Source of the DNA: the human T2T-CHM13v2.0 reference genome, Homo sapiens
Strand: one strand, 5' to 3'
Assembly (NCBI RefSeq): GCF_009914755.1
Contig: NC_060926.1
Length of the DNA stretch: 64,000 bases
Shown: one piece after another, positions 29,560-42,510 of the stretch
Numbering within the stretch: the first letter of the stretch is position 1
Layout: every line of letters starts with the position of its first letter
Position numbers and translations under genes: made by a program
The notes under the pieces: model-generated
The model's input: only the letters and a program-made list of their open reading frames with translations
Database searches by the model: none
What the model was told of the DNA's origin: nothing

Positions 29560-29880
29560 GGACCGGGCATGATGGCTTACACCTGTAATCCCAGCACTCT
29601 GGAAGGCCAAGGCAGGTGGATCGCTTGGTCAGAAGTTAGAGACCAGCCTGTGGAACATGGCCAAACCCCGTCTTTCCAAAAAAAAAAAAAAAAAAAAAAA
29701 GCTGAGCGTGGTGGTGCGTGCCTGTAGTCCCAGCTGTTCGGGACGCTGAGGCAGAAGGATTGATTGAGCCTGGGAGGTCGAGGCTGCAGTGAGTTCTGGT
29801 TGCACCACTGCACTCCAGGCTGGGCAACAGAGTGAGACCCTGCCCCCCACCCCTTAAAAAATAAAATAAAATGAAATGAA
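29560..29880 (+). mobile_element. AluJ-like SINE with expanded middle A-tract
   Basis: Dimeric Alu with a 23-A linker at 29678-29700. Confidence 0.9.
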
Positions 29881-30658
29881 AAACTACAGATACATTAAGT
29901 AAATTAGTTAAGAGACAATAATATCTATTATATCATTTATCATTTGCAAATGAGAAAAGGAAGGAAGGAAGGATCAAGAGAAAAAAGGAAGGAAGGTAAG
30001 AAAAATATTTGAAATAGAGGAAAAATTATATGCTTGTCTACTTAGGAAAACATTTGGTGTGCAGGTAACCTCAGTAACTGACAATCATTTTAAAGTGTCT
30101 AATTATACCAGGGTGCATATGTATGTGTGCCTACAGATAGGCAAGAATATATCTTGTAGATGTAATATATTACATAAGCATTTATATATATTCTATATAT
30201 AATACATTATACACACATATGTGTATATCATATGTGATACATGTAATTATATGTGTATATTCATATTATTTATGCATATATCCACACTCGTGTAATAAAT
30301 GCTCAATAAATATTTGTTGAACAAACAAATGAATGCATATATACATATATACTTTTTGGAAGCTACACATGCACTATTCAAAATGGTTATCTTCAATAAG
30401 GCGAGCAGGGTTAGGAGGATGAGGGCTTTTACTTTTCACTTCATACCTTGTGGTATTGTTTGCATTTTCTACCAGTATTTACATATTGCTCCTTACTTTT
30501 TCATGTCAATTGTAATTATCCAGAAAACAGGATTGTGGGGCTTTTTTGCTCTATACTTATTAAAATATAAATAAATATAAAGAAACACAATATTTATTGA
30601 CTACTTTTAAAATAATGATAGGAATCTAAGGGAAAACACACCATGCCTTGAAATTTAC

Positions 30659-30753
30659 CTGAATTGATTCAGAGCAGTACAATAAATAGGTTACTCAAAA
30701 TAATGGGGTTGTTTTCTTTTTGGTCAAAAGTCTCATCTCATGAATTTCCAATT
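30659..30753 (-). pseudogene. Pseudo-exon, 95 nt, phase 1-0: ELEIHEMRLLTKKKTTPLF*VTYLLYCSESIQ
   Basis: Donor CAG|gtaaat; pyrimidine-rich tract with atypical gAG acceptor, so the start is uncertain. Confidence 0.52.
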
Positions 30754-31081
30754 CTCCAAATTTAAAATAAATGAATGTAAAAGCAGAGGTGAGACCACCA
30801 CTACAGTTAGACGATAAATGCAAGGACCTATATCTCTCACTTTTAATCCTGTGTTATATTCCATTAAACTGCTTTCATTTATTCTGTAGATCTGTCCTGC
30901 CAGCCATATAGCCATAATTTAAATATTAAAACTGAAATCTTATTAGAAGTAATCTTACTTCCTAGTTTTCTTTTTGTCTTTCAGTAATTATTGTACCTGT
31001 GGGCAGGTGGTATAAAGGCTATGAAGTATATCAATAGATTTTTTAGTATCATGATTATCTGATACAAAACTGAAGTGTTAC

Positions 31082-31213
31082 CCTTCTTAAATGTAATCAA
31101 GTAAAAATTATAGTTTTGATTAGCCATTGAATAAGTCCAGAAACATAATCAGATACTTGTCCATTTTGTCAACCTCTGATTTAGAGTCTTTATTACAATT
31201 GAATGGCCTGATT
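31082..31213 (-). pseudogene. Pseudo-exon, 132 nt, phase 1-1: ESGHSIVIKTLNQRLTKWTSI*LCFWTYSMANQNYNFYLITFKK
   Basis: Acceptor attttatttgttagtag, donor G|gtaaca; single TGA. Confidence 0.55.
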
Positions 31214-32461
31214 CTACTAACAAATAAAATATTTTATTTAAGTAGACAAGGAAAAAATGATTTTTTTTTCCAGGAAAACTTTCCTTTTCTCTTATGCAAA
31301 GAGATGGGCTAGAATCTTCCTAATGGTCTATTAAAACTACTAAGATTTGATATGGAAGGTAAGATGACTTTCAGTAATCTGATATACGTTAGAATTTTTA
31401 TTTTATCCCCCTCTTCTCAAATCAATCAAAAAGATTCCTTGAACTTTTGGAATATAAGACACCAGGAAGAAGAATCATGATCTCTACCCAAAAATGTTCA
31501 TCTCATTAAAAAAAAAAGATACAAATAAAAAATAAAAAGTTTAGCTTTCTACTAAAGTATAAAATTGTGCCATACAGATAATAAATCATCACTTTCTTTC
31601 TTTCTTTCTTTTTGTCATTCTTAAGATTTTTAAAAATCAGTTCCTCTACTTTCTAATGTTGGATTTCTTTGGGGCCCATTTTTTCAGGTTCTTCTCTACA
31701 TCCTCCATCAGTGATCTCATCCTTTCCCATAGCTATGAAACAGTACCACTTCTGGTACTTCCCAAACGTATAGTTTTAATACGTCCTCAGACAGGATAGC
31801 CCTGCTGTTATTTGGCAAATCTTCTTGGATATCTTCAATGTTTCTAAGATTTAAACACCACAAAAATTTAACTCTTGATCATCTCTTTTCCACAGCTAAC
31901 TGCTTTACCTGCATACTTTCTAGCCTCAGCTACTAAAGCCAGAAATCTGACAATCATCCTTCACAAGCTGACATTTCTCCTTAGCACCTATATCTCATTC
32001 ATCATAAAGGCCTATCACCTTCCAAAGTATGACCTGACTCCATCCACTTCTCTCTTTGCACTTTTGTTGCTTACCTAAGTTCCTAACATTTCCTTTTTTT
32101 TTTTTGACCCTCCTTTCTACTCCATTCCATTTTCCATACAGCAGCTGAAATGACTGATTTAAAGTAAAAATCTCTGAGGTGACTCTTTCTCTTAAAAGCC
32201 TTCAAAAGTATCTCATTATAGTTAAGATAAAATATGAATAACATTTGATTCATATTCCTTGTGATCTTTACGTTTCAAAATCATTATTTTTCATGAAATT
32301 GATTATAATTTGTTAATGCATTTTATATGAGTGGTCTCTATTTTTGGTTTAATTTTATACTTTTCTGTTTGTTTAATCATCCCCTAGTAGACATTAAGTT
32401 CCATGTATAAAAGACCATGGTTCTTTATATACATAATCTCATTTAATACTCAAGATAACCC

Positions 32462-32886
32462 TGATGTGGTTTGGATCTGTATCCCCACCCGAATCTCATC
32501 TTCAGTTGTAATTCCCAATATTGGAGGTGGGGCCTGGTGGGAGGTGATTGGATCATGGTTGGGGAGATCCTTCATGAATGGTTTAGCATCATCCCTTTGG
32601 TGCTGTTCTTGTGAAAGATTTCTCATGAGATCTGGTTGTTTAAAAGTATGTGGCATCTTCCTCCCTTTCATCTCCTCCCTTTCTACTCCAGATGTGTGAA
32701 GTGCTGGCTCCCACTTTGCTTTCAACCATGATTATACGTTTCCTGAGGCCTCCACAGAAGTCGCGCAGAGGCAGCATCATGCTTCCTGTACAGCCTACAG
32801 AACCATGAACCAATTAAACCTCTTTTCTTTATAAATCACCCAGTCTCAAGTATTTCTTTATAGCAATGTAAGAATGGACTAATACA
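32462..32886 (+). mobile_element. Solo MST (MSTB-like) MaLR LTR inserted in a MIR
   Basis: tgatgtggtttggatctgt...ccaattaaacctcttttctttataaa...gaatggactaataca; near-TSD aaccc/aactc. Confidence 0.9.
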
Positions 32887-33059
32887 AACTCTATTTTATG
32901 TATTATCCAAGTTTTACAGAGAAGAAAAGTATGACTCGGGGAAGATGAGTGACTTTCCCGAGGACACACATCTAATATAATGAAAAACCAGATTTAAAAA
33001 GATCTTTTGGAAGCTAAGATTTATATGGTTATTTGTGATGTTGTATCATCATCCCTTAC

Positions 33060-33113
33060 AACCCACTCCTCATTGGAAATGTTCAAAATCCCAGTTATAC
33101 TAGGGAACTCCTT
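33060..33113 (-). pseudogene. Candidate pseudo-exon, 54 nt: KEFPSITGILNISNEEWV (frame uncertain)
   Basis: Acceptor taattttcaag, donor gtaagg. Confidence 0.42.
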
Positions 33114-33642
33114 CTTGAAAATTATTAACAAGATAAAATCAACATGAAGGAAAGTCTTAAAAATGTCAAACGTCAAACAAATTTTTAATTGTATGATTAT
33201 GAGGGAGGTAAGATAAGAAACTGGTTACTCCATATTTTTAGGGAATATATTTTCATATATAGAAAATTTAAGTGCTAAGAGCTTTCAAGAAAGACGAACC
33301 CAAATCCCAGTTCCTCCATTTCAGTTTTCTAATATGTAAATGGCTTTAGGATTTAAGGATTAAATTAGATAATATGTATGAAGCATTTAGCATAGTCTTA
33401 CACTAAAATATAACATTGTTGTATTAATTAGTCATTTTTTCAGCACACTAAACAATCATCTATTAGGAGAAGTGGCACAAGATAATGTGTTCTCTGTTTT
33501 AAGTCAGAGGGTGCTCATAGTCCAGTAGCAGTGAACATGGAATAACTGCAGTTATGCAAGATGAAATCTCCCAAGGGATCCGGGATGACCCTCCAATTCC
33601 CTGTACTTGAGAATTCCCTCCATAATCTGTGGGGAACTTTAC

Positions 33643-34037
33643 AGATGAGTTTAGTTCATAGTTTTTTCAAGCCCTGACCTTATCACAGTTGTAATTAGAG
33701 AGATCCTTTCTATTTTATTCGATATGCTTGATTCTCTCCTTCAGTGTCTTTCAAGGACTGGTTTGTACCTTGCTTTTTCCAGCCCTCCTCAGGGACTGTT
33801 GTTCTGATACCTAGGTCTTTTATCCTGTTTTGTGGAGGCTGTTCTCCAGGGCTGCCTGCTTGGACCGAGACATATTATCTAAGGGAATACGGTTCTGGGT
33901 TCCCTGTTGCTCTACTCTATGGTCCTGCTGAGAAACACTCCTCCAGTGTAGTGATCATGTTAGCAATCACCAGTTGTCAGAAATCATGTTTTTGGAAACC
34001 TTGCTTTGCTGCTTATACTCCACACCACTTCCTCCTT
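33643..34037 (-). pseudogene. Candidate large pseudo-exon encoding hydrophilic sequence (EGGSGVEYKQQSKVSKNMISDNW...QQDHRVEQQGTQNRIPLDNMSRSKQAALENSLHK)
   Basis: Acceptor cctgttttatggttacag; purine-rich coding-like composition; 3' end uncertain. Confidence 0.33.
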
Positions 34038-34218
34038 CTGTAACCATAAAACAGGAGGTAGGTCCTGATGTCCACCTGTGTACCATATATGCATGTTGTA
34101 ATGAGATCCTGTTCAATTCCTTTATTCCATAATGTAATGTCATTAACTTCTTTGCTAATTAACCCTTATTAAAGGATTAAAATTCTGAAGACCCAAGACA
34201 TACACAATGGACACTTAC

Positions 34219-34271
34219 AGAAGAAAAGGCTTGCGGGTATGGAGAACTTCTAATATCCCTCCAGAATATAG
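34219..34271 (-). pseudogene. Candidate pseudo-exon, 53 nt (IFWRDIRSSPYPQAFSS or LYSGGILEVLHTRKPFL)
   Basis: Consensus donor gtaagt; acceptor ttttgaatatgttag. Confidence 0.4.
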
Positions 34272-35646
34272 CTAACATATTCAAAAGTAGTTAATTAATG
34301 CCAGAGGGTTTTTTTAAAAAAACCACAGGGAAACTGTCATTTCTTTAGAACTGATGTTAAGATTAACTAATTAGGAATTCAAATCACTAAAAATACTTTG
34401 GGAAATAATTTTTAAATGCTCATTTGTGTTACTGGCTGTGGGGGAAATCCAAGAAAGGGAATCAGACTCTGATGCCCTCCCAATTTCTCTGCAATTGGTA
34501 TTCTCTCATTTCTGGTGACCCTGGTCTCATTTCCAAATGCCATCCCTTTCCTTTGTGATGCATAATCACCACCCATCAGGGATACTTCTCCAGCCTGTTG
34601 TCTGTATCCATCATGCCTTATCACCCCTGTCACAGATCTATCCTCCCCTGGTCAGACCACCTTTTGCTAACCACTCTTGCCTACTCCTTTGTACTAATTC
34701 CTTTAAAGTCCTCTTTCTATGTCTAGTGTCACAGGGCACAGAATGAGGAGTTAGACAGTCCTCACTCATGAACTTCCACCACGCCTTTCCCAACATACCC
34801 ATGTGCATTCATTTCATAGGTGGATGCTGCCAGGTTAGCAACTTGCCTTCTTCTGTGTAACTATCTGTGAAAACATATGAATAAGTGACAAGTAAGACTT
34901 ATGGAGAAAGGGGGAATGAACTTGTGAGTCCATGATCCCTCTCCCTTAATGTTCAAAGATATTAAAACAAGTCAATGAACTGGCAAGGGTACAGTTAAAG
35001 CAAGAGTATAACTGAGAACAATAGGTCCCCTGACAGGTCACTTAATTATAAGGGTGGAAGGAATCTGGAAGCATGAGTATGTATTTTTATCAAAGCAATG
35101 GGTGATCTGAGAGTACTGGTCTCACCCACACACACTGTTAAAAATTATATTATTACTAGCATAATTAATTTTGGTAATGTGAGTGTACTTTATAGACCAC
35201 AGCAGGGTGGGGGCTCTGAATTGAAAGAGCTTCTACCACTCATGAAACTACTGTTGCTAGGACAATTCAACCAAGATCCATGACTAGAAGGAATATGGAG
35301 CCATCAATGGTAGACGTCTTGATCCATTGATGATGGCAAATGGGGAATGAGAGAGAGTGGTCATGAATGTGTTCACCTTCAAGAGGGACATCAATTTCTG
35401 CTCCCCCAGGGGGAAGCAGCATGAAAGCAATGGTGAGACATGGTTCATCAACATGTATACACTCTCCTGGGGCATGTCAGAGATATTTGGGGAGAGAAAC
35501 TCCTGGAAATATTAAGAGCTTTTTCTAGTAAAGTAGATAGAAGACCAAAATCCTTATAATTTATAATAATGTAAACTTGTGTGTGTGTGTATGTGTGTGT
35601 TTTATCTAAGAGCTAGTGAAATTTCCTTATACCCATACTCTTTTCT

Positions 35647-35733
35647 CGAACTTGAACTCCTGACCTCAGGTGATCCACCTACCTCGGCCTCCCAAAGTGC
35701 TGGGATTACAGGTGTGAGCCATCACACCTGGCC
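35647..35733 (-). mobile_element. 3'-truncated Alu (5' ~87 nt) with flanking direct repeats
   Basis: Antisense Alu left end with no T-tail; ACCC(A/T)TA(C/A)TCTTTTCT at 35631-35646 and 35735-35750. Confidence 0.85.
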
Positions 35734-35859
35734 GACCCTTAATCTTTTCTAAGAACACTTGACCCTAAAAAAAAAAACATAATTTTCCCCAATGATACTA
35801 TTGCCTTGGTATGGGAGAAACCATTAGTTGCTGATTATGTTTAACAATAATTGAATTTT

Positions 35860-36130
35860 TATTGAGTATATGGTTTCCCTGAATAGATATTACATTTTTC
35901 AGTCTTCCTTGCAAGTATGTATGGCCATGTAATTAAGTTCTGACCAATGAGATATAACCAGAGTTTTTAGGTAGGAAACTACCAAAAGTTTTCAGGAACC
36001 TACCCTGAGACAGCTGACATATGCCCTTGTTTCTTCTTCTCTATGCCTTCCTCCATCCTCCTGCCAGAGACATCATGCCACTATCTCGGACAATGAGGAT
36101 GATGACCATACCTGGAGATAGTAGAGCACT
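35860..36130 (+). mobile_element. MLT1-like LTR fragment
   Basis: ggccatgtaattaagttctgaccaatgagat...gccttcctccatcctcctgcc. Confidence 0.55.
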
Positions 36131-37300
36131 GAGGCAAGGAGGTTGTGTTCATGGGGCAGAGAGCCATCATATCAGCCCGGGAAAACAGGAGATGGTATTT
36201 CCAGACATTTTCACATGTCTGGCACCTGGACTGGGATGGGTAGAAAACTTGGGGGTAAATGGGCATCACTTTGTGACCTTTTCATGGAAGGTGGCTTAGC
36301 CAAACTATCTTCTGGCTTTTCTTCTATGCCGCTAATTAGTCCTTCTTCATCATCTTAAATGGACCACTTTCCTCAGCTTTCTAGCCATTCCCCAAGGATC
36401 TGCCCTTTTGATCCTATGCCTTTGACTTCTCCCTCTACACTCTCTCCCCAGGTAAATTACTTCCGAAGGCTGCTAAGTGACCAAGCTCTACCTAGAATGA
36501 CATTAAACACTTTTGCAACATAATTCCAAGCTTTTCTTCCTCCTCTCTCCCCAGAAATCCAACAGCACTTTGGAGTAAAAATATACACTGAAATTGTCCA
36601 GCTTTTATTTAGGCTCCCCTCTCTGAAATAACCTGCTCCTCCTTTCAGTCACATGTGACCATGTGTGCCCAGTGTTCAACACAGTCAGTCCTCAATGAAT
36701 ATTAGTTTCAAGACAGAAACAAAATTCTTGTCTTTTTGTCTTTGTGAAAGTATCCAGTATGCCCTGAAAGAACTAAGCAGCACTGCTTCCTGCCTTCCTA
36801 GTAGTTAACCTTGTACTTGTATTTACTATAACACATATGATATTGTATTAGACTGGGTTGCCTGTCTGTCCCTTTTCCCTTGTCCTTTGAGCAAAGACTA
36901 CAAAAATGAGCATCCCAGGGGTCAAATCATGCTGCTGACTGGTTTGGTCATCACAATATTACTAAACAATTAAATTGGAAGGATCTGGCAGCCAGTATCC
37001 AATTTCTCAAGACCCAGCCCTCCCTATTATCTTATTCTTGCTTTTCATATATTCACAAATAAGTTCCTGCCCCAACTTCTACTTTCCAGACCCTTAGAGA
37101 ACAAAGACCAGTCCTTAGTAATCACAGTCCCTGTAAATGGGCACTCAGTAAGTGCCAAGGGGAAATGAGATAAAATCTTCTTTGATGTGTCTACCCTACA
37201 TAGGGCCTAAGCTAAAAAAAAAATTAAAGAAAGAAAGAAATAAAGAGAAAGAAAGGAAGAAAAAAGGAAGAAAAGAAAAAAAGAAAGTTATAGTGTATCC

Positions 37301-39852
37301 CTGGAGTGTTTGCATTTTAACAGATTTCAACACTGCAAAACCTTCAACACTTCCTCAACATAAGTATTTAAGAATAGCGCTCTTTTAAGGTACACCACAA
37401 CTAGATACAGGTTGAGTATCCCCCATCTGAAATGCTAGGGACCAGAAGTGTTTTGGATTTTGGATTTTTTTCAGATTTTGGAATATTAGCATATACATAA
37501 TGAGATATCTTGGGAATAGGACCCAAATCTAAACACAAAATGTATATATATTTTATATACACCTTACACACAGGGCTTGCAGGTAATTTTATACATTTTT
37601 AATAATTGTGTGCATGAAACAATGTTTGTGTACAGTGAACCATCAGAAAGCTAAAGGTGTCACTATCTCCCACCCACGTGGACCATCTGTGGTTGTTTGG
37701 CATCATCATCTTTCCTAACTTTAAATTTATATGCTACCGATAAGCAATCATTTTCTTATACTTATTCACACATAAGTATTTAACAGTAAAAAATATGACA
37801 CACCATTAATACAGTAGAAAGATAATGTGTTCAGGGTAACTAAGCAGCGCCATAGCATCACCACAATACGTGCATCAGCTATTAGATAACAGCAACAACA
37901 AACAACGGCAGGCTTTCAGTTTCCACTTATGATGCTGTATTTCAATTAAAAAGGTTATTGTAGGTTATTGTAAACTGTATTTATTTTTATTTATTTTTCT
38001 TAGGTGAGAAGAAACATCAGAGGCAGTTGAAGGGCCAGGAAGTGAGTCTTCTAGGGATGAGAAGGTGTTCTGCTGGATGGCTTTTTAAAATGTTTTCTCC
38101 ACAGTCATCTGCTTCATTTACAATAATTTACAATAATTTTTGTCTTAGAAGTCTCTCTTTGATTTTATAAACTGACATGATTTCTTGTTCTGTTATAAAT
38201 GCGTGTTGTTCTAGTCCTTCAATAAGACCATCATACATTTTCACCATGTCATCTATAGGCAATTTTTCTGCAGTGTTAATATCTTATCATCACTATTACA
38301 GTATCATGATTACCTTGATTCAGAACCATTTCAGCTATTTCACCATCGGTCAATAAAAAAACTAGAGCCTCCTTATCCATGTCAAAAACATTTTTGATAT
38401 CCACCTCTTCCAGCTTACTGATAGATTCCGAAGATAGCCAGCCTGGGTGACAAGAGCAGAACTCTGTCTCCAAAACAAAATAAAACAAAAAAAGAATTTT
38501 CATATTTACTCTTCATTGATCTAAGGATTCCCTGGCAACAGGGCTAAATCAACAAAGTCACATTTGGGTGAAAATATATGATATGAATACTATTTTTGAT
38601 GAGAATTTCAGCTGGGTCATGACACACAGTTCTCAAAGAATAACAAAATCTTGCAGCCATCATCTAGTCCAGCTTCCTTGCAGTGAGCACAAGCTACTGG
38701 TATAAAATATTTGTGAAACCAATCAGAAAATATATCCCCTGAGACCTGCCTTTTTGTTAGCATAACAATGGACTGGTAAGAAATTCCTTTTCTGAAAACA
38801 GTGAGGACAAACTTTTGCCTATCACAGCAAGTTTACACTTATGCATGTCTGCTGTATTAGCACATCCCAGCACAATTATTCTGTCTTTGGCATCCTTAAT
38901 TCCTTTAGGGGCTGTCTCACCTGCTGTAGACCATGTCTTTCTGGGACAATCATGCCAAAACTGTGATGAACTGAAAATTGAAGGGAACTATGTATTATAG
39001 AATGTAAAGGGAACGAGTCAGTATTAAGACTTGTTCCAATGTCAGATTTTCATCAGCAATGACCTTGGCAAACTCACCAAGGAATTTCTCTGCTGCTTTC
39101 TGATCAGCAGATGCTTTATTACCACAAATCTTTAAAAAGGTAATGGCGTATCTTTAGTTAAGTTTCTGCAACCAGCCTGTTGAATATTCACAGTTCCCTT
39201 CAATTTTCAGTTCATCATGATAGATCTTCACTTATTTCATGATAAGCATACCATTAAGTGGCATGTGTTCACTGCTATGTAGATGTATCTCTACACATTT
39301 GGGATCTTTACTTTTAACATGGTGCAGCGTATTTCTACTTTTCATTAACTTCTCTTTCACTTGTGGCATCATATCTGCACTCAAAAAGTTTTGAATTTGG
39401 GAGCATTTCAGATTTCAGATTTTCATATTAGGTATGCACAAACAAATTAGGTATGCTCAACCTGTACTGAAATAGTTCCAGTGCTTCCCTGAGTTCTTCA
39501 TTGCACCTTGAAATACCAGAACAGAATGTGGGAGGACAGGGAGCAGGATTTGATTCTGTCCAGTTTTGTAGAAGGAATAACAATCGCTACTACATGCCCA
39601 GTAAGCAATGGAAACTCAGTCAAATCATCACCTTCATCTTTCTTTTATTCTTTAAAATGGTCACAGTGGTGCTCAGAGGTGTCTCAAACACAAAATTACT
39701 TTTGCTAGACCTTTTTTTTTTCTGTCTTCACAATCTGTACCCATGCTAGCCTTTTTAACATTAACATAGAAGATGAGTTTCCTTCCAGCATACATTTGAA
39801 AGCGGGGAATTTTATGTAACCCAAATAAACTTGGAATTTTGTATCTCATTAT
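37301..39852 (-). pseudogene. Pseudo-exon split by Tigger4 (parts ~39852-39465 and 37407-37301)
   Basis: Removing the transposon and one TA restores a 66-codon open frame RLLFLLQNWTESNPAPCPPTFCSGISRCNEELREALELFQ|YLVVVYLKRALFLNTYVEEVLKVLQC; long polypyrimidine tract at ~39857-39880, followed by IMRYKIPSLFGLHKIPRFQMYAGRKLIFYVNVKKAS. Confidence 0.55.
37408..39464 (-). mobile_element. Tigger4 (Zombi)-like TcMar DNA transposon, internally deleted, with transposase remnants
   Basis: TIRs caggttgagtatcc...gtatgctcaacctg; TA TSD at 37406-07 and 39465-66; ORF 38276-38503 (SKLEEVDIKNVFDMDKEA..LTDGEIAEMVL) resembles a Tigger transposase C-terminus; short Alu tail fragment at ~38438-38493. Confidence 0.9.
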
Positions 39853-40051
39853 ATTTAAAAAAAAGAGAAAAAAAGAAAAACATACCATCTAGGAATATGA
39901 ATACATTTTTACAATTGCATTGAGATTCAGAGCGTGCATTTTTAATACTTAATATCTTAAGTTGTTTTCTTCATTTCCACTGAAATAACTCTGCAAGTTC
40001 AGTTTATTTTTTAAACCACTTTTTTTTTGCAAATCAGTGGGACAAAATTAC

Positions 40052-40243
40052 CATATCTTTCAGCAATATAAAATAGTTTTATAGCTTAGCACTTGAAAAA
40101 CAACTCCCATCAATCACTAGCGGTAACTGAGGCACTTCATATACCAAACAACTTAAGCTGAAATTGAAACATCACTGATTGGTGACAAAACAATTTTTGC
40201 CTTGTTAGTTTCTGGCATGTCTTCTCATCAATAGGTGTTAAGT
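40052..40243 (-). pseudogene. Pseudo-exon, 192 nt, phase 0-0: ...CFNFSLSCLVYEVPQLPLVIDGSCFSSAKL*NYFILLKDM
   Basis: Acceptor ttgactttactttag, donor ATG|gtaatt; 4 stops. Confidence 0.48.
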
Positions 40244-40342
40244 CTAAAGTAAAGTCAATCTTTGGCCCTATTTAAAATATTTCTAGGGCCTAGGAGGTGG
40301 GTGATGGAAAAATCCTGTACACTTATTAAAAACTACAACTGT

Positions 40343-40632
40343 GGCTGGGCACAGTGACTCATGCCTGATTTCCTAGCACTTTGGGAGGCCAAGACAGGTG
40401 GATCACTTGAGCCCAGGAGTTTGAGACCAGTGTGTACGACATGGTAAAACTCTGTCTCTAAAAAAGCAACAAAAATTAGCTGGGCATGGTGGCACACACC
40501 TGTAGACCTACCTACTTAGGAGGCTGAGGCAGGAGGATCATTTAGCCCAGGAGGTGGAGGCTGCAGGGAGCCGTGATTGCACCACTGTGCTCCAGCCTGT
40601 ATGACAGAGTGAGACCCTGTCTTAAAAAAATA
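40343..40632 (+). mobile_element. AluJ-like SINE
   Basis: Full dimeric Alu; aactgt flanks both ends. Confidence 0.9.
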
Positions 40633-40667
40633 AAGGATAACTGTAAATGTTTTCCTGCAAGTATTGC

Positions 40668-41011
40668 CTGAGGAAAACTCCTTAAGGTCATTATGATCTT
40701 TCTATCAGTTTCACAAGAACTATTTAGTGATTTTATTAAATATAAATTGAATCTGCTAAGTAATAAAAGGACATGTTGAAAGGAATACAGTTGTTTATTC
40801 CTTGCAATTTGGCACTATATTAACATCCAAACCAGTTATCCCTGAATCCCCAAAAGAGGAAAATCTTCTGTAATACTACTTTTTGCCAAAGTGTTTATTT
40901 CTGTCTGGCAGTTAGGTAGAAAGTTATTTTTGTGGTGAAACATTGCTGAGACAGTATTCTACAACTTTATTGTAAGCAGATACCAATCTTCAGTATAATA
41001 AAAGCTGAGCT
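40668..41011 (-). pseudogene. Pseudo-exon, 344 nt, phase 1-0: LSFYYTEDWYLLTIKL*NTVSAMFHHKNNFLPNCQTEINTLAKSSITEDFPLLGIQG*LVWMLI*CQIARNKQLYSFQHVLLLLSRFNLYLIKSLNSSCETDRKIIMTLRSFPQ
   Basis: Acceptor gttcattcatatag, donor CAG|gcaata (GC or decayed); 3 stops in 114 codons. Confidence 0.55.
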
Positions 41012-41110
41012 CTATATGAATGAACTTAATTTTTAATCCATATTATAATATGTATACATGTGTTGTTAATACATATTTGAAAGGAATGAATGGAATCATA
41101 TTTTAAGTAC

Positions 41111-41184
41111 TTTTCTCAAGCCAGTAAACAATTTTTTTTTCATTTCTTCTAATGTGAGAACAGCCAAGTTTACAGTCAACATCA
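41111..41184 (-). pseudogene. Pseudo-exon, 74 nt, phase 2-1: DVDCKLGCSHIRRNEKKIVYWLEK
   Basis: Very strong acceptor ctcttctttctctttcttggtatttctccag; weak donor gtactt; open. Confidence 0.5.
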
Positions 41185-42197
41185 CTGGAGAAATACCAAG
41201 AAAGAGAAAGAAGAGGGATAAATAGAAGATTTGCTATTAGTTTATTTATTCAATCAACAAATAGTCATTAAGCATCTTCTCTGTGCCAGGAAGTATGCTG
41301 GATGCTGACGCATTGTGGTGTCTAAAACTTTGAGTCTAAGGAATAATTTGTGATTCCATGAAGCTAAATAGTAACTTAAGAAGGCCATTCCCCACATCTC
41401 CTCTAAGGTCTGAAGAGAAATATTCTCAGACACATGAAATGAGTCCCATTTCCTCTCTATCTGCAACCTATTTTTTTATTATATATTTATCTGTTCTTTT
41501 CCAACAAAAAAAGTGAATTGTGGATGTAGATTACATTGAAACCATGGTCAAAGTGAAGCATTTCTTGTAGGTAGTATTTTTTATTAGGTTTTGTAATAAA
41601 TTATAGAGGTGGTGTTAAAAAATTGAACAGTTTATTAATGTGAACCCTCATTAGCATATATTAAATATTATTTATTAGAAAGTTAATAATTTATTAGTGT
41701 TTAAATTAATCATCAAATCACTTTACACAATTAAGTCTAATTAATGCAGAGAAATTTCAGAGGGAGGATGTTCTAAAATCCTCTCTTTTTTTTAAATTAA
41801 GGAAACAGCATGAGTCCAGGTTGTTACACTGCCCTTAAGCACAGCTCAATTATTGGGCAGAGAGGGAGTTTAACATAAAAGCATTTTCACTGTTTGGGCA
41901 CAAGGATTGTTGGGGCTCAGGAACCAAAGTGCTTTCAGGGCAATCATGTGGTAAGATGAGAAATCAAAGGGTTACTTGAGTGGCTGTTAGTTCAGGAGAA
42001 GCCCTCACAGGCAACTCTAATGTTCCTTCCTTTCTCTGTACCCAAGAGTTAAAAACTGCTGCACTAAACTCTAAACTCCTTGAGGACAGGAATGGTGTCT
42101 CATTCATCTCTGCATGCTGGTGGCCATAACTATATCTGACAAGAAGATTAACTGTCAGATAGACAAATAATTTCTTTAAAAAATCTTAGGCTTTCTC

Positions 42198-42510
<313 letters not shown>

